Source of the DNA: Eledone cirrhosa
Taxonomy: Eukaryota
DNA length: 64,000 nucleotides
Assembly (NCBI GenBank): GCA_964016885.1
Contig: OZ024757.1
Location: forward strand, 27,342,001 to 27,406,000
Reading direction: 5' to 3'
The notes beneath the pieces were generated by a model, which ran no database searches, was not told where the DNA came from, and worked only from the letters and a program-made list of their open reading frames with translations. Position numbers and translations under genes: made by a program. Positions 51,890 to 64,000 of this stretch are shown in pieces; position 1 is the first letter of the stretch, and every line of letters begins with the position of its first letter.

Positions 51890-52323
51890 CTCTCCCTCTC
51901 ACACACTCTCTCTCTCACACACACACACACACACTCTCTCACACACACACACTATCTCTCTCACACACACACACTCTCTCTCTCTCACACACACACACTC
52001 TCTCTCTCACACACACACACTATCTCTCTCACACACACACACACTCTCTCTCTCTCTCTCACACACACTCTCTCTCCCTCGCACACACACACTCTCTCTC
52101 TCTCTCACACACACACTCTCTCTCTCTCTCACACACACTCTCTCTCCCTCTCACACACACACTCTCTCTCTCTCTCACACACACTCTCTCTCCCTCTCAC
52201 ACACACACTATCTCTCTCACACACACACACACTCTCTCTCTCTCTCTCACACACACTCTCTCTCCCTCGCACACACACACTATCTCTCTCACACACACAC
52301 ACACTCTCTCTCTCTCACACACA

Positions 52324-52370
<47 letters not shown>

Positions 52371-52423
52371 TCTCTCTCTCTCTCACACACACACACACTC
52401 TCTCTCTCACACACACACACACT

Positions 52424-52455
<32 letters not shown>

Positions 52456-52483
52456 CTCTCTCTCTCTCACACACTCTCTCTCC

Positions 52484-52515
<32 letters not shown>
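51640..52515. repeat. (CT)n(CA)n compound microsatellite
   Basis: Alternating CT and CA runs; source of the SL/HT-rich ORF. Confidence 0.95.
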
Positions 52516-52519
<4 letters not shown>

Positions 52520-53635
52520 ACAGGTGAAGTTTCAGCAAGTTTTGGTGGATCGTGGGATGCTCCAGATTGTAGTAGTTGTTAGTGTTGTTAGTCGTAGCTG
52601 TAGTTAAAGTTGTAGTAACTGTTAGAGTTGTTGTATAGGTAGTTGTATTTGTGGTCACTCTAGTTGTAGTTGTGGCCGCTGTAGCTGTGGTTGCTGCTGT
52701 AGTTTTAATCGTAGCTGTAGTTGCAGTTGTAATGACTGTTATAGTAGTAGTTTAGGTAGTTGTATTTGTGGTTACTCTAGTTGTAGTTGTGGTTGTGGCT
52801 CTTGTAGTTGTAGTGTTAGTCGTAGCTGTAGTTAAAGTTGTAGTGACTGTTATAGTTGTAGTTGAGCTTGTTGTATTTGTAGTTACTGAAGTTGTAGTTG
52901 TGGTTATAGTTGTGGTTGTAGTTGTGGTTGTGGCTGTTGTAGTTGTAGTGTTAGTCGTAGCTGTAGTTAAAGTTGTAGTGACTGTTATAGTAGTAGTTTA
53001 GGTAGTTGTATTTGTAGTGTGGTTGTAGTTTATAAAATGAAAACATTCACAAACTAACCGAAACACCAAGAAGAGGCTCTGGACACTACCACTACTGATA
53101 CTACCGCCACTACCACCACCACTAACGATGGACACCACCACCACTACCACCACCAGTTATGGAGACTAGAACCACCACTACCACCACACCGAAACCACCA
53201 CCTATTACGATGGACAGTACCACCTCTACCAATGTCACATCTGCAACACCACTCCCACTACCACCACTACCACCACCACCACCACCACCGCTACCACCAT
53301 CACTACCAGCGATATCCAGTACCACTTCTATCACCACCACCACCACCACCACCAATACCACCATCACCGTCACCAACACTTCTCCCTCCACCAGTTATGG
53401 GCCTCTCCACCAACGCCACCTCCACCGACTCCGCCATCTGTGGACATCCTACCACATCTACCAGCCAGCACTATCCCCTCAAGAAGAAGAAGACAAAGAA
53501 GAAGAAGGAGGGGAGGAAGAAAAAGAAGGAGGGTGGGGGGTGGAAGAAGAAGAAGAAGAAGAAGAAGAAGAAGAAGAAGAAGAAGAAGAAACGAAAATAA
53601 AAGAGAAAGAAGAGGGAAAAAGGGGGGAGAAGTAA

Positions 53636-55340
53636 AGGTGGTGGTATTGGTGTGGTGGTGGTGGTGGTTTTAGTGTGGTGGTGTTGGTGGTGGTTTTGAT
53701 GTGGTGGTGGTGGTGGTTTTGGTGTGGTGGTGGTGGTGGTTTTGGTGTGGTGGTGGTGGTGGTTTTGGTGTGGTGGTGGTGGTGGTCGTTTTGGTGTGGT
53801 GGTGGTGGTGGTTTTGGTGTGGTGGTGGTGGTGGTTTTGGTGTGGTGGTGGTGGTGGTCGTTTTGGTGTGGTGGTGGTGGTGGTTTTGGTGTGGTGGTGG
53901 TGGTGGTTTTGGTGTGGTGGTGGTGGTGGTCGTTTTGGTGTGGTGGTGGTGGTGGTGGTGGTTTTGGTGTGGTGGTGGTGGTGGTTTTGGTGTGGTGGTG
54001 GTGGTGGTTTTGGTGTGGTGGTGGTGGTGGTTTTGGTGTGGTGGTGGTGGTGGTTTTGGTGTGGTGGTGGTGGTGGTTTTGGTGTGGTGGTGGTGGTGGT
54101 TTTGGTGTGGTGGTGGTGGTGGTCGTTTTGGTGTGGTGGTGGTGGTGGTTTTGGTGTGGTGGTGGTGGTGGTTTTGGTGTGGTGGTGGTGGTGGTTTTGG
54201 TGTGGTGGTGGTGGTAGTGGTTTTAGTGTGGTGGTGGTGGTGGTGGTTTTGGTGTGGTAGTGGTGGTGGTGATTGTAATGATAAATGGAGGAGGCGGGGT
54301 TGTTATGATAGCAGTGGTGGCGACTCTAATGATGGTAGCGGTGGTAGTGGTAATAATGATAGTATTGGTGGTGGTAGTAGAGGTAGTGTTGGTGATGGTA
54401 GTGGTGGTTGTAGTAGTGGTGGTTATAATGATAGTATCGGTGATGGTAGTAGTGGTGGTGGTGGTGATGGTAGTAGTGGTGGTAATAGTGGTGGTGGTGG
54501 TGATGGTAGTAGTGGTGGTGGTGGTGATGGTAGTAGTAGTGGTAATAGTGGTGGTGGTGGTGATGGTAGTAGTGGTGGTGGTGGTGATGGTAGTAGTGGT
54601 GGTGGTGGTGATGGTAGTAGTAGTGGTAATAGTGGTGGTGGTGGTGATGGTAGTAGTGGTGGTGGTGGTGATGGTAGTAGTGGTGGTGGTGGTGATGGTA
54701 GTAGTGGTGGTGGTGGTGGTGATGATGGTAGTGGTAGTGGTTGTAATGATAGTATCAGTGATAGTAGTGGGGTGGTTGTAATGATAGTATCAGTGGTGGT
54801 AGTGGTAGTAGAGATGGTGTTGTTGATGGTAGTGGTGGTGGTAGTAGTGATGATGTTGGGGGTAGTAATAATAGTATCGGTGATGGTAGTGGGGGTAATG
54901 ATAGTATAATGGTAGTGATGGTGATGGTAGTGCTGGAGGTAGTAGTAGTGGTGGTGGTGGTAGTAGTGATGGCGGTGGTGGTATTAGTGGTGGTGGTGGT
55001 GGTGATGGTGGTGCTGATGGAGGTAGTAGTGGTGGTGGTGGTAGTAGTGATGGTGGTGGTGGTGGTGATGGAGGTAGTAGTGGTGGTGGTAGTAGTGATG
55101 GTGGTGGTGGTATAGGAGTGTGTTGGTAGTGGTGGTAGTGGTGGTGGCGGTATAGGAGTGTGGTGGTAGTGGTGGTGGTGTTATAGGAGTGCGTTGGTGG
55201 CATTGAAGTGTGGTAGTGGCGGTATAGGAGTGTGGTGGTGGTGGTGGTGGTGGTATAGGAGAGTGGTTGTGGCATAGAAATGTGGTAGTGGTGGTGGTGG
55301 TGTAGAAGTGTGGCGGTAGTGGTGGTATAAAAGTGTGGTG
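53636..55340. repeat. G/T-rich repeat block: (GGT)4-5TTTGGTGT unit of about 23 bp (53660-54260), then (GGT/GAT/AGT)n
   Basis: About 25 copies of GGTGGTGGTGGTGGTTTTGGTGT, then degenerate triplets. Confidence 0.9.
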
Positions 55341-55451
55341 GAGAGGCAAAGATTACCAGCCAGTGTACACACACCTCTGGCCAGGTACAAATATGATATA
55401 AAACAACAAACAAAACGGTAACACAGTAACAAACACACACACACACACACA

Positions 55452-55590
55452 CGGTGCGGCCAACCAACCAATCAGAGAGTAGATAGAGCCTTGACCTGCG
55501 ACCTCTGACCCCGTGTCAACAGGTACAACAACGCAACACTAGCGTTCACTTTAGCTCCGACATAATCAATCACAGACAGCCAGGTATGTG
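55452..55590. promoter_or_regulatory. Candidate regulatory island (CCAAT box plus clustered nuclear-receptor-like half sites)
   Basis: AACCAATCAG near 55466; TGACCT-G-CGACCT-C-TGACCC near 55492-55511; possible donor CAG|GTATGT near 55583. Confidence 0.3.
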
Positions 55591-55731
55591 TGTACGTGTG
55601 TGTGTGTGAATGTGTGTGCTTGGGTGTAGGCGTGTGTGTGTGCGTCAGTGCGTGAGTGCGGTTGTGTGTATATGTGCTTGTGTGCGCGCGCCGGTGTGTA
55701 TATATATATTATATATACGCACATCTACTTT

Positions 55732-55763
<32 letters not shown>

Positions 55764-55785
55764 AAGAGAAGGAGAGAGGGAGGGA

Positions 55786-55841
<56 letters not shown>

Positions 55842-56092
55842 GAGCGAGAGAAAAGCCTCCTTAGTTCGCCTTATTTTGTATGGAATTCTTTATAGAATTA
55901 AAGTCTTATCAACTAATGTGGTTATATATATATATTCTGCTTCGAAAGATCGAGACGTATCTGAGGATCTTGCGATTTCAGAGTCAGGTTCGATGATCGC
56001 ATCGATCGTGCCTCGAGCTGGTCGCCAGAGGAACGATTTTAATATGTCTAATAAATTTTAATTCGTCGCACCACTGATTCTCCGTTTCTTAT

Positions 56093-56184
<92 letters not shown>

Positions 56185-56549
56185 GAACAATTATTGTGAA
56201 CAATTATTGTGAACAAGAAGCCAACAGTATTTCATAATATATATAAGTGACTATAATGTCAAAATGGAAAATAATTAACGTAAGATATGGGAAAATAATT
56301 CAAACTAAATTCAAATATATATATATATATATGCAAAAGTTCTATTTAAAGTTGTTGGGATACAACAAGTAAATATTTTTATAACTGATATAAAGCACTC
56401 GACAAATTTTTGGAGTAGATATACGATATTAATAAATGGAAACTATATTCGATATTAATAAATGGAAACTATATTTCAGACAGCCTCCAAAAGTAATGGT
56501 TGTATTTTAAAGGGTATGTCAAACCTATTTGTAAAACTGTTATATATTG

Positions 56550-56614
56550 TATTTTTTCTGATGAAGGCATACCATAATTTAATGTGGTATCCCTGAAATA
56601 TGTATAATGAAATA
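56550..56614 (+). ncRNA. Hammerhead ribozyme motif, family C2 (fold-back element 56330-56657)
   Basis: TATTTTTT-CTGATGA-AGG-C-ATACCA-TAATTTAATG-TGGTAT-C-CCT-GAAA-TATGTA-TA-ATGAAATA. Confidence 0.7.
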
Positions 56615-56653
56615 AATTTGGTTTTATAAATATAGTTTCCATTTATTAATATC

Positions 56654-56700
<47 letters not shown>

Positions 56701-57067
56701 TAAAATAAAACAAACAGTAGAAAATGCTAATGGGATTTTCTCATAGAATAACAGCAAAACATTTATTTACAAAAAGGAATTTATCGTACCGGTTTCAGCC
56801 AATATATATCAACTGGTGTGTAACTTCTCAACATTCTAAATATATATATATGTTCTCTGACACGAACAAAATGGAAATGTATTGCAATTGATCAATGTAG
56901 GTGCATGGTTAACTAGTGGGGAAGTGTAGTGTTCGTGTGACCAATGTAACTATTTTGGTCACGAAGTTTACTACTTTCATGCTTGCACGTAGATTTATAT
57001 ATCACATTGGTCATTTGCAGTATGTTATACGATTTATTAATCTGCGGAGTAAGGTTTAAAATTTTGG

Positions 57068-57364
57068 GGGAACCTCTCCTCGCCACTGTCAAGAGGAGGA
57101 CACTGGCGTCATTTGGCCATGTAACATGACATGACAGTCTGTGCAAGACCATCATGCAAGGTACTGTTGAAGGTGGACGCAGGAGGGGATGACAACGCAA
57201 ATACTGGTTGGACAATGTCAAAGAATGTCAAAGAATGGACGCAAATGACGATACCAGCTGTGTTGACGGCCGCCGTTGATAGACTATTTTGAGAGTGTGT
57301 TGCTTCTGCAGTAGGATCCCTCCGACAACTACAGATATCAAGGGACTGATGATGATGATGATGA
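57068..57364 (+). pseudogene. RTE (BovB-like) LINE 3' end with (TGA)n tail
   Basis: EPLLATVKRRTLASFGHVT*HDSLCKTIMQGTVEGGRRRG*QRKYWLDNVKE. Confidence 0.8.
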
Positions 57365-57569
57365 ATCTGTGGTTTCCAGTTAATGAAGAGTATTTTTTTA
57401 AATTTTATTTTCGTATTTTTGTAATATATTCTAAGCAGTACCAGATTTACCAGTGTGCAAGCACAGGGCTCCGTTGCCAGGAAAGGGAGAGGGACATCTT
57501 CCTACCCCCCCCCCCCAAAAAAAAATGTTTACCTCTCATTGTTCTACATGTTTAAAGTGAAAAAGAAAG

Positions 57570-57735
57570 TTGGCTCAAAACACAACCACATCATCTACAC
57601 CCAATATATCGACGATATATTTGTTGTGACTGACACTGATAAACGGACCGGATATTAAAGATGATCTGGAAAATAATTCCACAGCACCAACACAAACTCA
57701 GTCTAGAATACCATCTCTTTCTTGGACATAAAACG
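57570..57735 (+). pseudogene. Reverse transcriptase fragment, Penelope-like
   Basis: IYTQYIDDIFVV (YxDD motif) and downstream ISFLDI. Confidence 0.55.
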
Positions 57736-58019
57736 AAGGAATTAGGAATAACAAATATAGCCCTTCTGTTTACATTAAATACACAGGGTTTCCCAAACTT
57801 TTTTCAAATGCGGGACCCTTTTTGGTTCCAAAACGTTTGAGGCAATCCCAAAATCTAAAACTATTATATGGTCGTAATATAAATATACGCACTGGGTAAT
57901 TGCTGGCCTTGTGCCTAAAGTAGAAACAATATAAATATACGCCTCTACTTTTTTTTACGGAACCCCAGACATTCCTTTGTGGAACGTACTTTAGGAACCA
58001 CTGGCCTATACAAACACAC

Positions 58020-58938
58020 AGATCACAGTGCTTCCACAGAAACAAAGTATCTGTAGTTAAAAACCTCAGTAAGCATCAGCTGTGCTTTTGGGGTCCTTGC
58101 CCACATTCAATACTTCCACTGAGCTTTGGCTTACGGGTCGTATTCGTATGCCCACGTCTCATCTCCATTTATAACAGTCTTCAGATACTCAATATCCTTG
58201 TTGCCAGAATCAGACGAAATGAAAATGCAACGAGAAAGTAGCCCAGGACTCCACAAGCTCAGGGGCGGTGGAACTGGTGGGGGGTTTCATGCCACCCTCA
58301 CCAATAATTTTTTTTTTTTTTCTCCCAAACTACCAAAACACACATCTATTTGTATATGTGTCACTGCTGAGACCTAAGCACGTTTAGCTGGCCTCCTCCA
58401 AGGTATATCTCGTTGGAAGTCTCTTGGTTAATTTAATGATAGGGACCCCATCTCATGTCTACAGCTGAGTAAACTGGAGCAACGTGAAATAAAGTGTCTT
58501 GCTCAAGGAAACAACACATCACCTGGTCCGAGAATAGAACTGACAACCTTTCGATTGCAAGCCCAATGCTCTAACCATTAAGCCATGCGCCTTCAATATT
58601 TGTATATGCGCTACAATTTATCTACATGTTATGTTGATTGCATATCGAAGTTTTCAGACAATTTTAGAGTGCAAAGAGTTAAACTAATCACTACAATTAA
58701 ATTGACCAAATTTGGCCTACCTTAATTCAGAAATGTTTCCACCGCCCCTGAAACTGGCTGCCTACCAGCGACTGAAGCATCTGACAAACTCATCCTAAAC
58801 CACGCAGGAGCATGAATGTATGCGGATCAATCCAGTCTAATTTTGTTTCCTTAACGTCATTATTTTCCCCAAGAAAAAGAAAAAAAAACAGAAAAAAGCA
58901 AAACAAAACAATGGGATAGTTTTTCGAAAGACCTCGTA
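58020..58938 (-). pseudogene. Mariner transposon relic interrupted by a hAT MITE (58260-58750) that itself contains a CORE SINE (about 58365-58595)
   Basis: Reverse complement of 58020-58225 reads DIEYLKTVINGDETWAYEYDP*AKAQ (mariner ITGDETW.Y.YDP motif); TIR-like TACGAGGTCTTTCGAAAAACTATCC at the right end. Confidence 0.7.
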
Positions 58939-59819
58939 TATGTGAATGTAAGAATGCATGCATGTAAATATGATTGCGTTGTGTTTGTGTGTGTGTGTGT
59001 ATATATACATCACACACACACACACACACACACATACACACACACACACACGTGTGTAATCAGTTTTTACTGAATCTTCGTTTCATTGAGAAAATGAAAA
59101 GTTGTTCCAGTGTCAGTCAGGTGTTGTCTAACGTAAGAAACCACAGGTTTCACTTACAGAATTATGGCGGTCTATTGTGGTGGTGGTGGTGTGGTGGTGT
59201 GGTGTTGGTGGTGGTGGTGTGATGGTGGTGATGTGGTGTGGTGTTGGTGGTGGGGGTGTGGTGGTGGTGATGTGGTGGTGGTGTGATGTTGGTGTTGGTG
59301 TGATGGTGGTGGTGGTGGTGGTGATGTGGTGGTGGGGGTAGCAGTAGTGGTGTTGGTGATGTGGTGGTAGTGGTGGTGGGGGTAACAGGGATGGTATTGG
59401 TGATGTGGTGATGATGGTGGTGATGATAATGGTGGTGGAGGTGTGGTGCTAGTGGTGGATATGATGTTGGTGGTGTTGGTGATGTGGCGTTAGCGGTAGT
59501 GTGATGGTGGTGGTATGGCGGTAGTGGTGGGGATGATGTGGTGGTGGTGGTGGAGATAATCGTGGTGGTGTTGGTGATGTGGTGATGGCGGTGATGGTGT
59601 AGTGGTGTGGTGGCGGTGATGGCAGGGCGATGGTGGTATGATGGTGGTGATGATTTGGTTGTATGAGTGAATGGGGTATATGTGTGTGCTTAGGATGGTG
59701 GTGGTGGTTTGTGTGTTGTATGGCGGGTAGGTGTATGTGTGTATTTGTGTGAGTGTGAGTGTTAGACAGGGTATGTATGAGGGGACATGTATGTTTTAAT
59801 GGAAGAGATGATGGAATGG

Positions 59820-60012
59820 ATCTCAGTCTGTTGCGATGATGACTGTTCCCGTTGTTCAATCAACAGAACAGCTTGCACATGAAATTTACGTACAAGTAGC
59901 AGAGCTTTCCACAGGCACGTATACCTTTAATATAATTCTCAGGGAGATTCAGCAGGACACCATCTTTGACAAGGCTGGTCCTGGTCCATTGAAATATCAG
60001 GTACAGTCCATT
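59820..60012 (-). mobile_element. Old SINE 3' segment (OR-like)
   Basis: ATCAACAGAACAGCTTGC..TTCTCAGGGAGATTCAGC..GACAAGGCTGG resembles, from recall, an octopus SINE tail; single copy here. Confidence 0.4.
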
Positions 60013-60179
60013 TAACGGACATCCAAACATTTTCTTTCTACCCAGTATCGGATTTAGGACAAATGAGGCCCTGTGCTATAAGTTATGAGGCCCCAAACAT
60101 CTTAAAAATTTATCGAAATTTTTTTTTGGGTGTGTGCAGGAACGCACACCTAAGCACAATGGTAAACCCGGCCCTGTTT

Positions 60180-60330
60180 CTACACTATTTCACTCACAAG
60201 GCCTCGGCCGATCTGAGGCTATGTTACCATCAGGCTATAGTAAATGCCACTTGCATAAAATACCCCTTACTGGGATCGAACCCGGGACTTAATAGTTGTG
60301 AAGCGAATATCTTAACCATTCGACCACACT
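60180..60330 (-). mobile_element. Old tRNA SINE (OR-like) head
   Basis: Reverse complement GTGGTCGAATGGTTAAG..GGTTCGATCCC..GCAAGTG..ACTATAGCC..GCCTTGTGAGTG. Confidence 0.55.
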
Positions 60331-60686
60331 ATGTCAACATGTATGAATACCAGAAGTATTACTACTACTTCCACCATCACAATTACCACTACTGCCACCA
60401 ACAACACTATTACCGCTACCACCACTACCACCACCACCACCACCACCATCAACATTACAATCAACACTATTACCACTATCACCTGAAACACTATTACCAT
60501 CACCATCACCACCACTACCAACACCAACACTATCACCACCACCTTTGCCACAGCCACCACCACCGACAGCAACAACACTACCACCACCATTACCACCACC
60601 ACCGCCACCAACATCACCACCACAACCATCACTGCTACTACTGCCACCACCACCACCACCACTACTACTACTACCACCACCATCAT

Positions 60687-60775
<89 letters not shown>

Positions 60776-63410
60776 TCCATTACATAGGGAAAAAAAGAAT
60801 TAACCCATTCAAGACATTAATTCTATTTAATATATTAGAAAAACTTCCTTGGACAGACAAAAAATAAAATACAAGATTGAGTTTTAAGAGTGATTTATGT
60901 GTAGTTAGCTCTGTGTGTGTGTGTGTGTGTGTGTGTGAGAGTGTGTGTGTGTGTCTGTGTGTGTGAGTGTGTATATGTGAGACTCTGTGTGTATTTGTGT
61001 GTGAGACTGTGTGTGTGTGAGAGAGAGATAGAGAGATTGTGTGTGTGTGTGTGAGTGTGTGTGTGTGTTTGTGTGAGCGAGTGCATGTAAATGTACATGA
61101 GTGAGAGAGCGAGAGAGAGTGTGTGTATATGTGTGAGACTGTGTGTATGTGTGTGTGAGACTGTGTGGCTGTCTCTGTGTGTATGTGTATGAGAGTGAGT
61201 ATGTGTGTGTGTGAGAGAGAGTGTATGTGTGTGTGTATGTGTGTATGCATGTCTGTATCTGCTAACGTACGTGTTGTATGTATGGGTGTAATGTGGCTGT
61301 GTGTTTTATGTATGATATCGAGAGAATGAGAAAGAAGAGGCGAGAGAGAGAGAGAGAAAGAAGCAAAGTTTGCGAAAGTTCGTGACACCAAATGCGTGTG
61401 TGTATTCCAATGTATATATTATGTGTGCGTGTATAAAGTAGGGAGTGCACGCGTGTGAGAAATTGTATATGTGTGTGTGTGTGATACAGAGAGAGAGGGG
61501 AGCATGAGAGAGTGAGAGAGAGAAAGAGAGAGAGGGAGGAGAATGAGAGAGAGAGACCAAGCTTATGGGAGTATATAACATCAAAAGTGTGTGTGTGTGT
61601 GTGTGTGATTTATACATATGACACATAATCTGTCTGTATGTCTCCTCGTGGACAGACACCAGGTAAATTGTCTTTAAATATTCTTTACCTATGAAGTAAC
61701 TTCAAAATTGCGGGTAACCATATAATATTTATATTTTGCTATTTTAACGCTTTTTATAGCAAATCACATGAAACTTCTCCTGGTCCTCCGACAAAAAAAC
61801 TGCTTGTTTCAAAGTTCTTATATTTATCTAAAAAGCTTCCAACATAATTTTATGTCAGATTTATGTTAGGTTCCAAATATCAGATAAATGATGAGAAAGT
61901 TAATTTTATTACGAAACCCCTCCAAATTCGTGTTTATTTTCAAAATTATCGAAAAAAAGTATTGTCTTTCATTAGAAATATGATAACGAACGAGTTTATG
62001 GGGGATAACCCCTAAAATTCAGCTTGGTTATAGATTTGTACAAAGAGAACTAACGTGTATAAAAATCTCAATGTAATCGACATAGCAGTGAAATCTCCCC
62101 CATATCACACTTTACAATCTAATAAAACAGGGCATGAATTCGTTGAATAATGTGTACTGGGGTACGTACAAAAGATGGAACAGACACAGCAAGAACGGTT
62201 TTGGTCATCAGTCTACCTTAATCAGGGCTGATATGAAGCTAAACAACAGCTAAAAATATCAATGTGTGTGTGTGTGTGTATTTGACAGAAAGAAGAACAC
62301 GGTAGTTCTTATGACCCCTTTCAGGGCATCTGACATTGGTGGGAAAGAGGAAGAAATGTTTGCAAAGTTAGGAATTGTGAGAGTATTTTCATTGCTGGGC
62401 ATCGGTAAATTTTGTAAGGTCATTCATTTAGTTAGTATTTACTAGCAAGTGTGTATGTCGCCTGATGTTGACTACCTAACACTGATGGATTAGTTAGGTA
62501 CATCTGGAGCACCACACAATTTAAAAGTACTATGCTTTAAGTTATGTCCCTATCATAATTAGATACATGAAAAAACAGCCGAACTCCCACTGTCATCGCC
62601 TCCATCTCTCTGGCCCTCCCCATCTCTCCGTATGGTGAGTAAATGGGGTCCCACGTGCTGGCCTCCCCACTGCCCCGGCGGACAGAATGGAGAAGGCATT
62701 TCCCCATGGAAGATGTTTTCTAAAAGCACATGAAAGTCAGGTGATGGTGTTAAACCGACGCTGGATTAAGTTCTACCATCAAAGTTGTCTCCGATGAGAT
62801 TTGAGCTCAGAATTCAAAGAGCCTGAACAAATATCGTCAAGCAATTTTCCGCTCGCTCTAAACCCTTAGTAATTCAGTCAATTCCCGCCCTTAATATGAC
62901 AGGATTTTTAATATAAAGGGAGACAGAGAGAGCGAGAGAGAGAGAAGAGGAGAAAGAGAGAGAGGGGGAACGGGGAGAGAGAGAGAGAAAAGGGAGAGAG
63001 AGAAAGAGAGAAAAGGGAGAGAGAGAGAGAGAGAAAAAGGGAGAGAGAGATAAAAAGAGAGAAAAGGGAGAGAGAGGGGGGAGAGACATATATGCCTTTT
63101 TGTGAATATACGTGTGAGTAGATTTCTTAAAAACGTAAATCACGGATATTACAATAAGTTTATCTTATGTATAGTTATAGGAGGGTATAAGTAGTTCTTG
63201 TCATAGTTAGACAAGGAAAAATATCGGGAAACGAATGAATACCTCAACATCACTCTAGGATAAATATCCAAAATTCAAATTTAAAAACAATGAACAGCGC
63301 ATGGACCCTATCTGCTCACAATAGGGAGAGCAGGAGAGACAGAGGCAGTGACAGTGGGAGTTTGGTTCCTTTGTGTTCGAACCAGGTGTATATAGGTGTA
63401 TGTGTATATA

Positions 63411-63681
63411 CAGGGGCCTCGTTTGCCTTAAAAATGTGAGGAGGACAAACCAACAGTTGTTGATTCTTAAAGGAGCATAAATTGCTTATGGTGCCTTTCC
63501 GGCACCCTATCACATAAGTAAAATTTTATGCTAATTAAATTTTATATATTCAAATGAAGTTCAGATATAAAAGAATAAGATTAAAAATAATTTACTATAT
63601 CAAATAAACAAAAAATAAAACATAGACGTTTGAAAAAGTGGGGGACCTTGTCCCCTGGTACCCCCTGAAACAAGGCCCTTG
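63411..63681. mobile_element. hAT-type MITE
   Basis: CAGGGGCCTCGTTT ... AAACAAGGCCCTTG, near-TSD TGTATATA on both sides. Confidence 0.6.
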
Positions 63682-63696
63682 TGTATATAAGAGATA

Positions 63697-63878
63697 ATTG
63701 TTTCTATTTTTGGCACAAGGCCAGCAATTAATCAGTACATTACTGGTACTTTATTTCATCGACCCCGTAAGGATGAAAGGCAAAATTAACCTCGGCGGGA
63801 TTTGAACTCAGTCCGTAAAGGGACATAACTCTATGCTGGAAAGCATGGCGTCCGGCTCTCTACTGATACTGCCAATCC
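63697..63878 (-). mobile_element. OK-like SINE with TSD
   Basis: AAGAGATAAT duplicated on both flanks. Confidence 0.85.
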
Positions 63879-64000
63879 AAAGAGATAATGAGTATTTGGT
63901 AGTATCTATAAATCAAATAAATCACACATAGACACATTGATGAACGGAAACGAAATATGAGTTTATTTTTATCCATGTTCGGATTTTGTGATGAATTGAA

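Noticed and set aside
52524-52568. Possible plus-strand exon after ctgactacag (VKFQQVLVDRGMLQI)
   Set aside because: The pyrimidine tract is a microsatellite, there is no good donor, and the strand conflicts with the better exon candidate.
53660-54260. Telomere-like G/T array and W/G/V-rich ORFs
   Set aside because: Unit is not TTAGGG, is interstitial and derives from (GGT)n; the ORFs are compositional.

Overview
Eukaryotic, AT-rich, repeat-saturated non-coding DNA, most likely a long intron or intergenic region of an octopod cephalopod. The taxon is inferred from the tRNA-derived SINE families, which resemble the octopus OK/OR types, and from the extreme (TA)n/(CA)n/(GA)n/(CAC)n load. Nearly all ORFs in the track are microsatellite artefacts. 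Only one plausible host coding exon was found (120 bp, minus strand, 24956-25075). The rest is SINEs, hAT/Tc1/mariner/pogo MITEs, one non-autonomous Helitron, and decayed RTE, R4/Dong, mariner and Penelope fragments. The main hidden structure is a dense population of short Penelope-like (PLE) terminal-repeat elements from about 8 sequence families. They sit inside (TA)n tracts, are often arranged as fold-back (inverted) pairs, and carry type I hammerhead ribozyme motifs (CUGAnGA / GAAA / NUH). About 20 complete or degenerate motifs can be folded by eye. Several show compensatory base changes between copies, and three have unusually long or branched stem II domains. One family is physically linked to a GIY-YIG endonuclease C-terminus. 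All folds and family assignments were made by eye; no searches were run.
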